A DNA stretch of 64,000 nucleotides from assembly GCA_964035545.1 (NCBI GenBank), contig OZ037765.1, positions 5,714,698-5,778,697 on the forward strand. The letters run 5' to 3'. The stretch comes from Bugula neritina. Lineage: Eukaryota > Animalia > Bryozoa. The position numbers and the translations under genes are program-made. The notes below the pieces were generated by a model. That model had not been told where the DNA came from. It saw only the letters and a list, made by a program, of their open reading frames with translations, and searched no databases. This document shows, one piece after another, positions 1 to 13,300 of the stretch. Within the stretch, counting starts at the first letter, position 1. The number at the start of each line of letters is the position of its first letter.

Positions 1-266
1 TTTTAGTCACATGACCGCAAGTGCTTGCTACGTGTCTCGTGACAATAACATGGTGTGTGCAACAATTAGTACTTTGTTTTTCGAAATCAGTATACACATG
101 CATCGGGCTAAATAAATTTCTAACTTAGGATGACATACACATGCCTGTGATTGGACATGCTCTATTCGCACAAGATACAATAATGTTGCAAGTGTGATGC
201 CTTTTGACTGCTTGAACTTCAACTTACTAACTTCAAGAATCAACATGAAATTTTGATAGACATATT

Positions 267-428
267 CACTGCATTTCCATGACTTCGAAATATGCGAATG
301 GTTGCTCTTATGGATGAATTTTGGTTGCGGTTTGCATCAACTTATGGTTATGGTTTCATTGGATGCAACCATTTCTAAACATCGAATAAAAAATGCATTC
401 GAACAGTGCAATGCTTGGAAACGCAGTG
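267..428. mobile_element. MITE (family A), ~160 bp with terminal inverted repeats CACTGCATTTCCA...TGGAAACGCAGTG
   Basis: TIRs visible; ATT on both flanks; a homologous copy lies at 46336-46499. Confidence 0.7.
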
Positions 429-596
429 ATTGCATCAGCATTAACAAATGTTTGTATCATAAATGCACAAAACAGCCCTATTTTTTATCTGTGCCAGGCC
501 TTTACTAGCAGTCTATGCAGAAATCCGTGTCATGTGATTGGACCTTTATTAAGCTAAAGAATACTTTTCAAAACAAAAAGGACTAGTTTGCAGTTA

Positions 597-785
<189 letters not shown>

Positions 786-1867
786 CTAAGGAAACAAACA
801 TAATACAAAACCATCATAACAGCTTGTTTTTGAATACTTGTTTTAGTAAATCTCTATAAATAAAATGTAAAAACCTGGCAAAAACAGTAGAATAGTAGTC
901 GAAGCAAAATATTTATTCTGTAAGAGTACTGTGAGTTGATTACGTCTTTTTAATAAAAGAACTAGTTTACATTACAAAAACAAAGTGTAGATTTTGTATA
1001 TTCAAACATAGTAAATATGGCACTTGAACTGGTGTAAAACTACGTATCAGCCCAGCATGGCTGTACATATACTTTCTCCAGTGACAGTCAACAGTTCAGT
1101 TTCTTTTCAAAAGATATTTCGAGATGTTTATTTAGCAATGATTAAGTTGTGCGTTTGCCATATTGTATGTCTTAATGTAATAATTCAATACATTACACTT
1201 TTGTTCTTTGTCCATACAAATGTTTAACTAGTTTTTGTATCAACTACTTTATTGTTTGAAAAACTGTAGCGTTTATATAACATTTGAAAGAAAGAGTATA
1301 TTCAATACAATGTAATGCGATAAAATTTGCTATTATAACTAAATGAATTGAGTATTAATACAATCACTGATTTAATTCGATCAATCAGTAATATTTTTTA
1401 ATGTGGTGCTATAATAGTTATGTAATCAATTTATGAAATTGTTAACTTTGAATATGCATTCATTATGATTGAATTAAAAGGTTTGTTTTAGACACAATGA
1501 ATTGCTGTACACACAAATAATGAAATGCAGTTGGAATTTAAACTTGGGTCAACAAGAGAGAAGTGTATGCCTATCGAGCTTAAAAAACTTTAATATCACT
1601 TTGATTGATAGTAATATTATATTACAGCAATATTTTATAGTAATATACTATAACCACAGCATATTGAATTGTTTGAACTTGAAACTTAAACGTTATTTAC
1701 TCCTTTCACCATGGTTTCACGCTTTCAACTGATGTTTATGTCACAAAAATGTGTTTTAAAGACTCTAACAGACTGCATGACACACAAAAGTTCATCCCAT
1801 AAATCATACCTTATAATGTCAACTAGGGTTAAACTATGCAGAATATGCAGTTTTTACTAACACTTAC

Positions 1868-4468
1868 TGTGCATTTGTTGGGTCTTTCTCCAGTGTGTAC
1901 TCTCATGTGTATTAACAACTTATACCGTGCGTTGAATGGCTTGTGATCTCTTTTACAGTCTCTCCAGAGGCAAGTAAAATCTTCTCCTTTACGCTGATCA
2001 ATGTGATACTTTTCTACATGCTTCACCAGCTCTTCTTTGTTCTCACATATCTGATCACACTCCACCCACAAGCACTGTGTTATTTGCTACAACAGTAAGC
2101 AGCTTATCCTAGTCTAGACCCAATTAACTAAAATAAGTTATCTTTTACAATACTGAATTGGATTAAATTATCAACTCTCAGTGATTGTCTAACCAGATCA
2201 TATTTCATCATTTACAGAGAGTACATAAGAATATATAGAAGAGTTTAGCAGAAGACTCGGCTACCCGTACCTTGTCCTCATGGTCTTCCTCGTCGTCATC
2301 GTCACTATAATCCTCGTGTCTGTTAGAATGAGTCGTATCCATGGATTCCCCATGTCCACCATTAGCACCAGCTGCCTGGCTACTAGGGTACATAGGTGGC
2401 TTTCTTGGAGTCAATGCAACCTTTTAAGTATAAATGACAATGTACTATAGACATCATGCAACAGCCCAGATCTCGCTCTTCTATATCAAAGTGTCACCTA
2501 AATGATGCTTACCCCTGGTCGTGGTAGTGGCGGAGGTCTGGCAGTCAGTTGGGGCATTTGCTGCTCTGGATGGTAAATCAGGTTCTCTTGGTGCTGCATT
2601 GGTATTGGCATTGGCTCTTGCTTATGGGGCTGCAAAAGACCTGGATGCTGGTGGGCGTTGTTTATTGCCAGGTGATGCTGAGCAGCATCCATGGGAATGT
2701 TTTGCGCGTTTTGCTGTTGACGATAAGCGATGTATCCTTCGACCATTTGAGCATGATCCTGATGCATCACAACTTGGTTTGCAGACATCATTTCATGCTG
2801 TGTGTTCTGCTGCTCTAATAGAGCCATGCGAGCATGATCAACACTCACATACTCATCTTTTATCTTTACATCAGCCATATTTTTTGGAATTAAATGTCCT
2901 TGGTTGCCAATGCTTTGAAGTGCTGTATTATTTGTAAAAGGACTGAGTCTGCTTCTATTAGCAGACGACGCCCTGCTAGAGCCACCATTCATGTAGGCTA
3001 CTAAAGATGTTGGTGAACTGCGAATAATAGAGTTCAAGTCGATGCCATCTGCGGAAAGTGGAGATATTGAAAGAGCTCTCTTTTGTCGATGTGATTTGGC
3101 GGAATGTCTAGGACTTGAGAAAATTGATGGTGCAGGGCTGAAGTCCAAACTGGGAAATGGTGAGAGAGAAACATTGCTAACGGGATACTGTGACAAAGAG
3201 CTAGTCGAGAGCTGCGGGTCACTGTTCTCTTGTAAATGATGATTATTTAAACCTGGCAAGACTTTGAAAGCATTCCAGTCTGGTCTCGAAACAGGAAGAG
3301 GTTCCAGAAAGTTCTGTCCTCTTTCACTGCCCATTGGTGTACGAGGGGTATTGACTCCATTCCTTTGCTCCAGCGTTGGTGTCAAAACTGATGAAAGGTG
3401 GGGGGTCATTCTGATGCTTGAAATGTCACTGGGTGTAGGTGAATGGTTAGCATTGTTATTGTCTGGTAACTTGAGGTTTACCGTGTCTATGCGAGAATGA
3501 GAATGACTGTGATATAAAGCGTGATGATGTGCTGAAAAAGTTGGTTTTTTAAAGATATCTTGAGAATGGTGAGACTGCAGACTTGAACTGTGGTTTGGCA
3601 CAGGTATCTTACTGGGTGGGTGGGGTTTGGTGAAATTCTGACTCCCATTGTTGGATATGTGCAAGTCAGACACCGGCTCTAAATTTTGAAAATATCAAAT
3701 ACACACGATCTATCTTTTGGCAGAAGCTACTAATAATCTGATTATTCTTCCAAAAATCATATATCTGCTACAGAAGAGTTAGAACTTACCTTTTTTAATG
3801 ATCTGCTTGGGAGGGCTTGGCTTATTGAAAGAACTGCCATATGTTGGTGGTGCGCTTGATTGAGATTTGTTAAAAGTAGGAAGGGAAACCCCTTTGCCTA
3901 TTGCTTTGTCACCTCCACCAGGTGCGTTGAGAGGCACCGGAGTGCCTGCTTGTATTCTGACTGTTGGAAGGTTGCCAGATTGCACTTCTCTGAAAGTTTA
4001 CATCTCTTTTGAAAGACTTCCGTATTAAAATCAGTTAACTATAGACTACGACCTTACTCAAAAATATTGTATGCATACATACACTGCATACAATGCTCGA
4101 CTACAACAAGATGTTTTAATTATTAAACAAAACTTGGCAATTTTATGTTCCAAGGCAAAATATAAGATGCAAACTTCTGAATGAAAGCAAATTGTACATG
4201 GCATGCCTACATTATCAGTGTAAGCATGTATAACAATGCGCTATGGTTAAAAAAAGTTATTGTTTATGATAACTGGTTTCATTAAAACTTAGCTCTGCAT
4301 AGTTGCATTTACTAATCTTCAAGATAAGTTTTAATTATTAATTATCCCTCACTGTTATTACTTAGAACTATAAAGGTTCAATATGATTGCAAGTTAGTAA
4401 CTTGTACAACTGATGTTCTCCATGATATCTACAAAAATCTATTAGACATACCCAGCAGGCCTGTTCAT
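1868..4468 (-). CDS. GLIS3: GLIS1/3-type Kruppel-like C2H2 zinc-finger transcription factor, 5' part. Exons 4452-4468, 3790-3989, 2513-3678, 2271-2420, 1868-2086; remaining zinc-finger exons were not found and probably lie left of the window
   Basis: The ZF1-2 exon CLWVECDQ...HVEKYHIDQRKGEDFTCLWRDCKRDHKPFNARYKLLIHMRVHTGERPNKC is the GLIS1/3 signature. KRALSISPLSADGIDLNSIIRSSPTSLVAYMNG matches the conserved GLI/GLIS3 N-terminal region. Exon phases join correctly from MNRPAG|EVQ. Confidence 0.9.
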
Positions 4469-6373
4469 TATAATAAATCTGCGTTACAAAGTCTTCTCTT
4501 AGCTGTTTCCTTCACTGCTTTATTGATGAGTCCTTTAAAACAGACAATAGAAATATGTCTTAGAAGTATGCCAATTACATTTTGCGAAATCAATACCTTT
4601 GAATTGATTATGCATTTGCATTATTTGCGACAATAAAGAACATGTATTAATTAGGTGCTTCATGTTGTCTTAACCTATCTAAAGAACATTGTAATTGATC
4701 TTATCTACTTGACATGCTACAAACATCCTAAAAGAATTTAGAAACTTTGACAGAATTAAATGAGCAACACTTAGCGTTCTTCACCAAAACATTGCATTAA
4801 ACTCAATACATTGAATACTGATTGAACTAATTACATAAATTTGAACAGTTAAAATTTGGTTCCCTATACTTACATAATTTAAAGCATAAAACTGAAAAAA
4901 ATCAGCGTAGGTTTACACGTAGTTCAGTGTGACGTTTTTAAAAAAACAACACGGCGTCTACAACAAAGGAAACTATAAACACTATCCCTCAGTTATCGTT
5001 ACAAAAAAATTGAAACTCTAGTTGATTGCGGGTCAGTCGATGAAAATGAGTCTCAAGAGCCATATTAAATTTTACCAAAATAAACGTGTAAACAGTTGAA
5101 TTACGCAACTAACTTGGAAGACCTAACAAAACTGGTTAACAGTAGACACAATTATTTCAAAACCAATCTACAGCCTACTTTCAAAGACTAAAAGTTCTAG
5201 TGATTAGACTTAGTATATAGTAAAGTAGACACACTCATATAGGAACTGAATCAGTGCAAGATTATGACTAACAAAATAAATGCTAAAGCCATGGTTTGTC
5301 AAGCATAAAATATGATTATATTTTGTTTATATAAAACACCCTACATTACACGAAGCCTTGTAATTCTACTACCAACAAACCTTGCTAGAAGTGTGGCAGC
5401 TTACTTCACGTATAGCTGACCTGGTACTGGACTATAACTGTGATGGCAGATCATTCTTTCAACAATGTCAGAGCTTTAATCGTCAAGTTTCAACATCTTA
5501 GTCAAATAACTAAGAAATATACAGTTACATGACTGGTTTCAATTTTAAATTTAAAATCTTATGCAAATTGTGCATCATTTAAGTACATTTAAGCAAAATA
5601 ATACAATTACTAGTTCTGTTTTAATTTGAAATCAAAAACTTGAGAGGATGGACAGAAGAAAATTGATAAGTTTAAATTATTTGTAGAAGAATTACAAAAC
5701 TGACTTTAGTTTTATTGAAATCTAAATAGCCAATCGGCAAGTTTTGCAGTACCAAATCTGCGAGGTAAATGCAGTTACGGAAACTGTGTCTGTCCTCTGG
5801 ATAACGAATGTCTCCAAGGAAGTTACATTTTCACAAGTTTTTTAAACCAAGTTTACAAACACAACTTAGAATGGAATCTTCCTATCTGATTGAACGCTAC
5901 GTTTTGCGGTTCCTAACTGCTTAAGATGCTTCAGGTTTCAACAAACATCTGTTTATTGATACTCGAAAGCGAAAAGTCTGAACTAAAACTTCACAATTAG
6001 CCTGGAGAAAAATGCAAGATACACTAAGAATAAGGTGCAAGTTGCCTAGCTGGTGCATCAGTTTAAAAACCCATTATATTTGAGATACCTAATTTACAGC
6101 GTTAGTCTTGAAAAACTTGATCTCCAAGTAGATGACTTAAAACTCACACTTGAGGATTTGCAGTTAATTGAAAATTAGTCTTTAGTAACAACAGCCATAA
6201 ATCTAAAGACTTAGTGCAAACTGTCAGCTTGTAAAGAGACGGCATTCTGTAAATGTTGTGAACTCTTCAAACTTAGAATTTCCTCTAATTTAAAATCTGA
6301 ATCATTCCACATCTCACTAGTCTAAATCTGTCATTTAGTGTTACTTAATATAATATCAGGATATCTTACTCAC

Positions 6374-6501
6374 CAAAAGTTCTTGAAATGCAGTTCCTAT
6401 GCTAAAACTATTGAAGAATATGTTGGGTAAATTTGTGCAATAGCCTACCAATGAAATGCCAAATGCACCAAATACCAACCACTTTTCGCCTTCATGGGCA
6501 C
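6374..6501 (-). other. Probable 5' UTR exon of the GLIS gene containing a short uORF (MKAKSGWYLVHLAFHW*)
   Basis: Bounded by a TTTTAG acceptor and a GTGAGT donor on the minus strand, upstream of the first coding exon. Confidence 0.35.
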
Positions 6502-7932
6502 CTAAAAGAGAATTAACAGGTGTAGATAAATATTTCGTTAATCACATGAAAGCTCCGCCCAAACTCAATATCATTGGCTAACCAGGAACAATCAATCATA
6601 ATCATTGACACTTTAGTGATGTAATAAAGCGGGAGAAATAAATAGAGCAGCATTCAATACTGAATACATTTGATAGTAACTAAGCAACTGGCAACTTTAT
6701 CAAAGCTCTATGTAGTTGAATAATTGAATTTTACACACAGTCAAATTGTGCCACACTGTACAAGCACGGAGTAAAAATTAGGTTTAGTAGGAAATAAAAC
6801 AATCTAAGTTGTAGTCAAGCATATACCTGCAACAGTTGGCAAACAAGGAAATGTTCATAAGGTTGATGATAAATATGACAATACAGCCAGGCAGTTTTAA
6901 ATGTAGAAAGCATTAAAAACAATAAAATAAACAAACAGTTATAAGGTGCATAATAGCAAAAGTTATAAGTGATATACTACCCCAGCTTGACAAATAGCAT
7001 GTACTTTTGTAAACAATATAACTTGTTATAATTGCACTATTAAATGCTACACGCTGGACAAATTGATCAAAATTCAACTTCCTTAATAATTAAGCAAATC
7101 ACCTTTTTTAGAGTCCCATAGGATGTAAAGTTTTTAGACTAAAAAAAAATTTATCTGCATTACATAATTAGTTCCTAATCAGATTACAGAAAGAATTAGA
7201 CAGGATGACCATCAGTGTTTCTAAAAGACTGGGAGATGAAAAGGAGGAAATGTTGGATTTTATTTGACGTACAAATGATTCAGCCATGATTAAGCAGACT
7301 CTGCTTTATTGCCAATGTCAGTAGTTTGATTTTTACAAAAAACTAAACAAGACCAATTGAAATTTGATTTTCTCCAAGACTTTTTACTACAATATCTTTA
7401 CTACTTTCTGACACTCTAATAAGTATGTTTCAAAAATTTGAAAAAACATTGAAGTTGCAATTATTAACAGAGCATAATTAAATCAACAGCTAGCTAATCC
7501 TAATAATACTGATTTTTTTTCCTTCAGCTATACCAAGCTCATGTTAAATAGCTTGCACAGTAAAAATAGGTACCCAAAACCTAGACTTCCAATTTCCAAC
7601 CTTCGTGGACAAAATATATTTTCCAAATTAATACTCTAAAAGTTACACCATCATTTATTGTTCTATTTCTTTCACCGCTTTCCACAAAGGTTGTTTTGCA
7701 ATCATTAGAGAAATACTTCAGACTAAATTAGGATGAAATTATCTATCATTTGCTGAATCAATTCATGATAGTTATTGTTATAACTTATGGTGCCTGTAAA
7801 GTAACAAGCTACCTTTGATTCTCTAGTCATGTTTGGCCAAGCTGAAAGCTTATAAAACACTAGTCAGCTGCAAAGCATAATTTCATCGATGCTTGCAAAA
7901 TACCATTCTATCCTATGATCATTTGCTATAAG

Positions 7933-8141
7933 GAGCAGCCGTAGTCTAGAGGTTAGAGCGTTTGCTTTGTAAGGACGAAGTCATGGGTTCTAGCCCTGGT
8001 GAAGGTCATTGGTGATGTTAAGAAGAGCATCCAGTCATAATTGCTCCTGTGTCTCATATGAATAAGTCCTTAACTTGATTTAACAAAAAATCCTTTCCTT
8101 CAGGGGTTCTCACAGGGATAGTGACTATAAACTTTCGTGAG
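7933..8141 (+). mobile_element. tRNA-derived SINE (family S, copy 1)
   Basis: A-box/B-box-like tRNA head (gtagtctagaggttagagc...gggttctagccct), then core TGATGTTAAGAAGAGCATCCAGTCATAATTGCTCC and tail GGTTCTCACAGGGATAGTGAC, which are shared with 20488-20682 and 33165-33345. Confidence 0.7.
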
Positions 8142-10349
8142 TTTTATGATCATTTACATAAACAAACTAGTCAACTTCTTTCCTTGTACCTTAAAAATAA
8201 ATTTTGTTGATTCATTTTTGTTTCAAATTAGAATGTCTCAATTATGTAAATTTCCATTTGCTGAATTGAGTGACCAGAATTTACAAACTATAGAACAGTA
8301 TTTTGTGATGATTTTAAAAGTGGTGTCTTTTTAAAATATCCTATATAACTGATTATGATAGTCTTCCTAAAATTGCATTGTTGGAAATACTAAAGAGCAA
8401 AATCAGACAGAAACTTACAGACAATGCCAACTTAGCAACTTTTTGGAGACTACCTATCTTAAAAATGAGTAGAATGGATAAATTAAAACTGGAACTTATT
8501 TCTATCAACCAACCTTGTAAAGCTGAGTAAGTATTGGCTGATCTAAATACATTAGGTTGAAATGTTTATTTTTAGTATTAGGAAAATTGCAAATTTAAAA
8601 GTTATTTTAGCAGATGCCGGTTTTATTTTGCGAACTTTTATAAATTGGATTCAATGACTTTTGGTGAATAACTTTCATCTCAGACTGAAGTAACCTTGGA
8701 ATCTTTGTTTCCTCAAGCTCGCTGCAGTCTTCTAAATTTTTATAGATAATCTAAGTTTCTCTACCTTTTTGGTGTAATCTCAGTTTCTTACAGTCTCTAT
8801 TTCTCACATCTGTACATTCTACACACTATCTGAGAAGTGAGAACTGACCAGGCCAGATGGTTGTGTTACTATAATAATAATAAGCCACACTTCAAAGTCT
8901 AAACAATAAAAGCTGGCACAAGCAGAATGTTAAAAGCATAATGTTCTAACAGCTGATGATGTTACTTTGAGTAACTTGGCTTCCTTTATTGACTTTTCAA
9001 ATAGCTTTTAATGCTTTGTTTTTATGATATTGGATCTTTGCTACGGTAATCATTAGCCAAACTTTGCAGTAAAAGTCTTAACTGTTTATATTGACTCATC
9101 TAAACACTTAGTTTGGAAAAAATTGAATGCAAACAAACTAGATATTATATAATTTATTACAATGTCGGTGTCTAAGCTTTTAACCTGCTGAAATGCAAAA
9201 CTGATAACTAACATTTTATTCCACAATTTATATTCATTATTTATCTGTACATGGAGTTGTGCTCTCTTTTCTTATTTTGTTTCTTTTTCAAGTAAAATAA
9301 TTTTACCCACAAAACATGCTGATATAAAATACATAACAGACAATTTAAACCCAATAACATTACAAAGCTCTACATAACCCTTAAGTTCTAAAGTAGAACT
9401 CAACATTGGAAGGCAGAAATAATCACTTTTTGTCAATTAAACATTTTAATTGAGACCCAAACTATCAAAATTTATCTACTATGCATTTATTATTGTCGAG
9501 AACTGAACAGAATTTAAACAAAGGTATAGACTTGTACTTTCCTAATGCGCAGTACTAGATTATAGTTGAGAAATTATGTGGTCAGACAGCAATTTTTGAT
9601 CACATTTTTTCTCCCCATCAATCTAGCGTGTTTGTGCAGAAGAAGCTAGCAATTGTTGATAGTACACTAGTGATGACTCACATCTAGAAGTTGTGATTCA
9701 CATGCAGAGGTTATGAAAGCTACTGACTCAGGAAAAGACAAACCTCCATAAATTCAAAAATAATTCTGCTGTTCTATTTAAATTTCTATGACAAAGCAAA
9801 AAGTAGCCAATGCACTTACAAAACAAAGAATGCAGCAAAGGTTTGAAGGGTACTATGTATTACGATGGCATGTAGCTAACAAAGGGAAATGTTTTCTACA
9901 GGTAAAGATCTTATTTTTGTACCATAGCAAACAATGGAGCTAGGCATGCTAACTTCACGTTTCGTACAGCGTGAAGATACAACTTAAAAAAAGGTACTAA
10001 AAACTATTATAAGCTTGAGCTAAATAGTTGTACTGTATTTCAACCACATATGTAAAACAGATTCAGCTATTTTACATATGTGGTTTAACTTGGGACACAT
10101 ATTGCTTCCATCAATTAGAAAATATAGCAAAATGTGAAATTTTCGTTTATAAAGGGAAAGTAAGAACAAACATATAATTAGTTTTATAGAGTTTATTGGA
10201 AAAACTTATCATATATTCATAAATAATCATAGAAAAATATAAATTATGAAAACTAAATATATCTGACTGTTTAAAATTTTAAATTAAAACATAAAATAAT
10301 TGATTCGACAAATTATAGCTGATGTGATATTGATTGTGTTGTGATGGGT

Positions 10350-13300
10350 TTATATTAGGTTGTCTCTTGGTGCATTAACAGCACCGATAGTGTTACTTCT
10401 TTGAGAATAATCTTCATGATAGAATGGCCGCCTAAAATACAAAAAATACACCCATACAACAACCGGCCATAACTAAGCATCAAAGTACCACATAATGATG
10501 GTTTTGCAATGTCCAATATGGCAACACCTTAGCCGTTTTACAATTTAGTATGTTCAACTCACAATTGATATCATATATTTTGCATATGCTAAAGTTGATA
10601 GCTGACCAAAAATTCACTACGAGCAAATTTCATTATACGAGAGAGTTTAAGTTTTGCTTTACCACTAATAGAACTACAATATTGCATCAGCTACTAAGAG
10701 TAGGATGTGGAATAACGAGTATTGAATACACCACAAGACTTACATTACGCCGAGAGTCTGACTAGCATATGGCGTAGCCTCAGCAGATCTGTTCAGTGTA
10801 CCGAGAGGTATGGGTGAGCCACTCGCAAAACTCTCTTGACGAGACAGATTTGGACCAGAGAATATAAAGGCTTCTTTATTCTCTTTGCTCTTCTGGGGAG
10901 CTTGTGCTTTCTTTCTCAGACACAATATCTGAAAGGGAAAAAGACAGCACATTCAGAGCTATTACTATGTCTAGTCTAGTTATGAGTACGCAGGTAATTA
11001 TGTTTAGTCTAGTTGTGAGTACGCAGGTAATTATGTTTAGTCTAGTTGTGAGTACGCAGGTAATTATTACAACACATAAACACTAGAAACAAATTATCTC
11101 AAATAAACAACAGATTTAAATAATTCATATTCAAGTGGCTAATTACTACAAAAGCAAATTTTGAGACAACAATTCCCACTATATCATTTAAAAATTTAAG
11201 CTTTAAAAGAGTCAGGAAACTAAAAAAATATAGTTTCAATCAAGCTTATGGCTGAGATCCTATTTCTACTATAAATCATTGAGTGTATCTGGGATAGACT
11301 CTACAGTCAGTGTGACAAATCATGCCCTACTTACACCAACGATGATGACTATGATGACAACAGTGGCTACGGCTACACCAATTATAACATATCCTCCCCA
11401 GCACAGAGTCGTGCCGTCAGACGAGCGAATCTGGAACTTGGCAGCAGGACAACCAGTCAGCGGTTTATCATAATACAAGTCAACAGCTTCCTGTGAGGAT
11501 GACTGAGCTAGAAATGACCCTTCCACTTCCGCATTTTCCCATGCATAATCTACAAAATGCATTACTTGCATAAATTCTTACCAAAAGAATTGTGCAAAGA
11601 TAAGGTATAAAGAGAGACTTGGAATACTTAGGATAACGTACCTAATAGTTGCTCAAATGCCAACACATATTCTGGGGCCGGATCATTTTCACTTCTCGGG
11701 TCATCTTTATGTTTCTCGTAATGACTCTCACCAAAACCTCGTAAAACACCTGTCAGCAAAAACAGTGAGTTTACTAATACGGCAGCAGGTGTTACCCAGC
11801 AGCATCCTGATTGGCTAAACAAATGTCTCAATATAATATCAATGTGGACACATGCAATAGTTTAGCAAAAATAAATGGTACAGTATGGCAATTCTATTGC
11901 ATAATCACAACGAGCCACTTTTACAAAGAGTATTAGGAACATTCTATGCAAGCTCAGTTTGTTATGTAATATTGTATCTTGCTCAAAAAATTATTGGCAA
12001 GCAATGACTGATAATATTACTTAATAGGATTTTCTAAAAATATTTTAATTTAAATGTTGTAAACAGCTGTTGTAGATTCACCATAGTTAATAGCTTGTTT
12101 AGACATAGGGCATGAATTTTCCTTATATTAAGAACTCTCCATAATGGCCACATTTCAACATGAGTATTTTATGACTATTTGCCATGTTGTTAGACTGACA
12201 TCAATACTTCATCAAACTTGGTGTTGCAAAAGTTTAAAACGCCAGAACAAGTTGAGCCAAGCACATTGCATAAGTAACACCCTACGGCCTACACTGTACT
12301 GAAAGCATTTCAACTACGAGGTAAAGAAGTTTACAAACTTACGTGAGGTGTTGAGAGGTGGAGTGTTGACTGCTCTACGGTAGGCAGCAATCACTTCATC
12401 AATTGTTACAGAATCATCGAGAGAGTTGAAGTACATTGACCTCAAAGTGTCTGCCTCAAACTGATAGCCAAGAGGGATGAGCATTTTGTACTCCGTAGAC
12501 TCTGTGTTACCTTCTATAGAAAAGTTAGCGCCTACAAGAGATTTTTGGAGCTCAGCTGCTTCAAATCCTGATTTTATGGCAGCAGTCGTGTCCCCATCAC
12601 TGTAAACAACATCACATAAAATATTTACTACATCAGTTGCAAAATTACTGCTAAAAACCTGCTCAAAAGCATGTTAAATTAACACAGACAAAAATACAAT
12701 TTACTAAATTCTAAACTTCAACGTTTGTTCTATTTAAATTGCAATTATGCAAATTTTTAGTAGACAACACTAAAAATACAATCATGTATTACTAGGTGGT
12801 TAAGCTTACATTCTTTGCTTTGTTCCTATGACAACAAACTTGTACAGGTCTGCCAACTGTTTATATGGGACTGATAGCGAACTGTTTGTGACTGCATTCA
12901 GTGCTGTCAGGATATCATCTACATCATCTCCGTTATTCAACTTTTGAACTGCGGCAGCAGTCCAATAATATGCTCGACTTATCACTGCCAAATCATCGGT
13001 ACTAGCAGAGAGGGGTAAAAGCCAGTCGGGGTTAAACTCAATTTCATTGGCCTAAAATTGAAAAAATTACCTGCTTTAAATTATAATAAACACAAAAATG
13101 TGGTCGTTTGAGTTTCTGACTTACAATTCTATCAATCCTTTACTCACTCATCAGTTTCTATCTAAGTCAAACCTTGCAAATGCATTCAACAAGTATTTCC
13201 ACTTATGCTTGACAGAGCATAAATGAACTGCACCAAGAAGCAAGATATATTCACTTACGTATTTATCATATATGTAGTCATATGTACTAAAATATGCATT

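Noticed and set aside
2521-3500. Plus-strand ORFs overlapping the large GLIS exon
   Set aside because: Antisense shadows of a coding exon with no recognisable motifs.
1868-4468. Calling the zinc-finger gene GLI/Ci or ZIC
   Set aside because: HIDQRKGEDFTC and PFNARYKLLIHMR are GLIS1/3-type; GLI has PFKAQYML and ZIC has PFKAKYKLVNH.
10350-10800. ITAM/ITIM or PDZ ligand in the receptor tails
   Set aside because: Tyrosines (YASQ, YSQR/YTQR) lack the +3 hydrophobic residue, and the C-termini (DNLI, SSSH) are not conserved.
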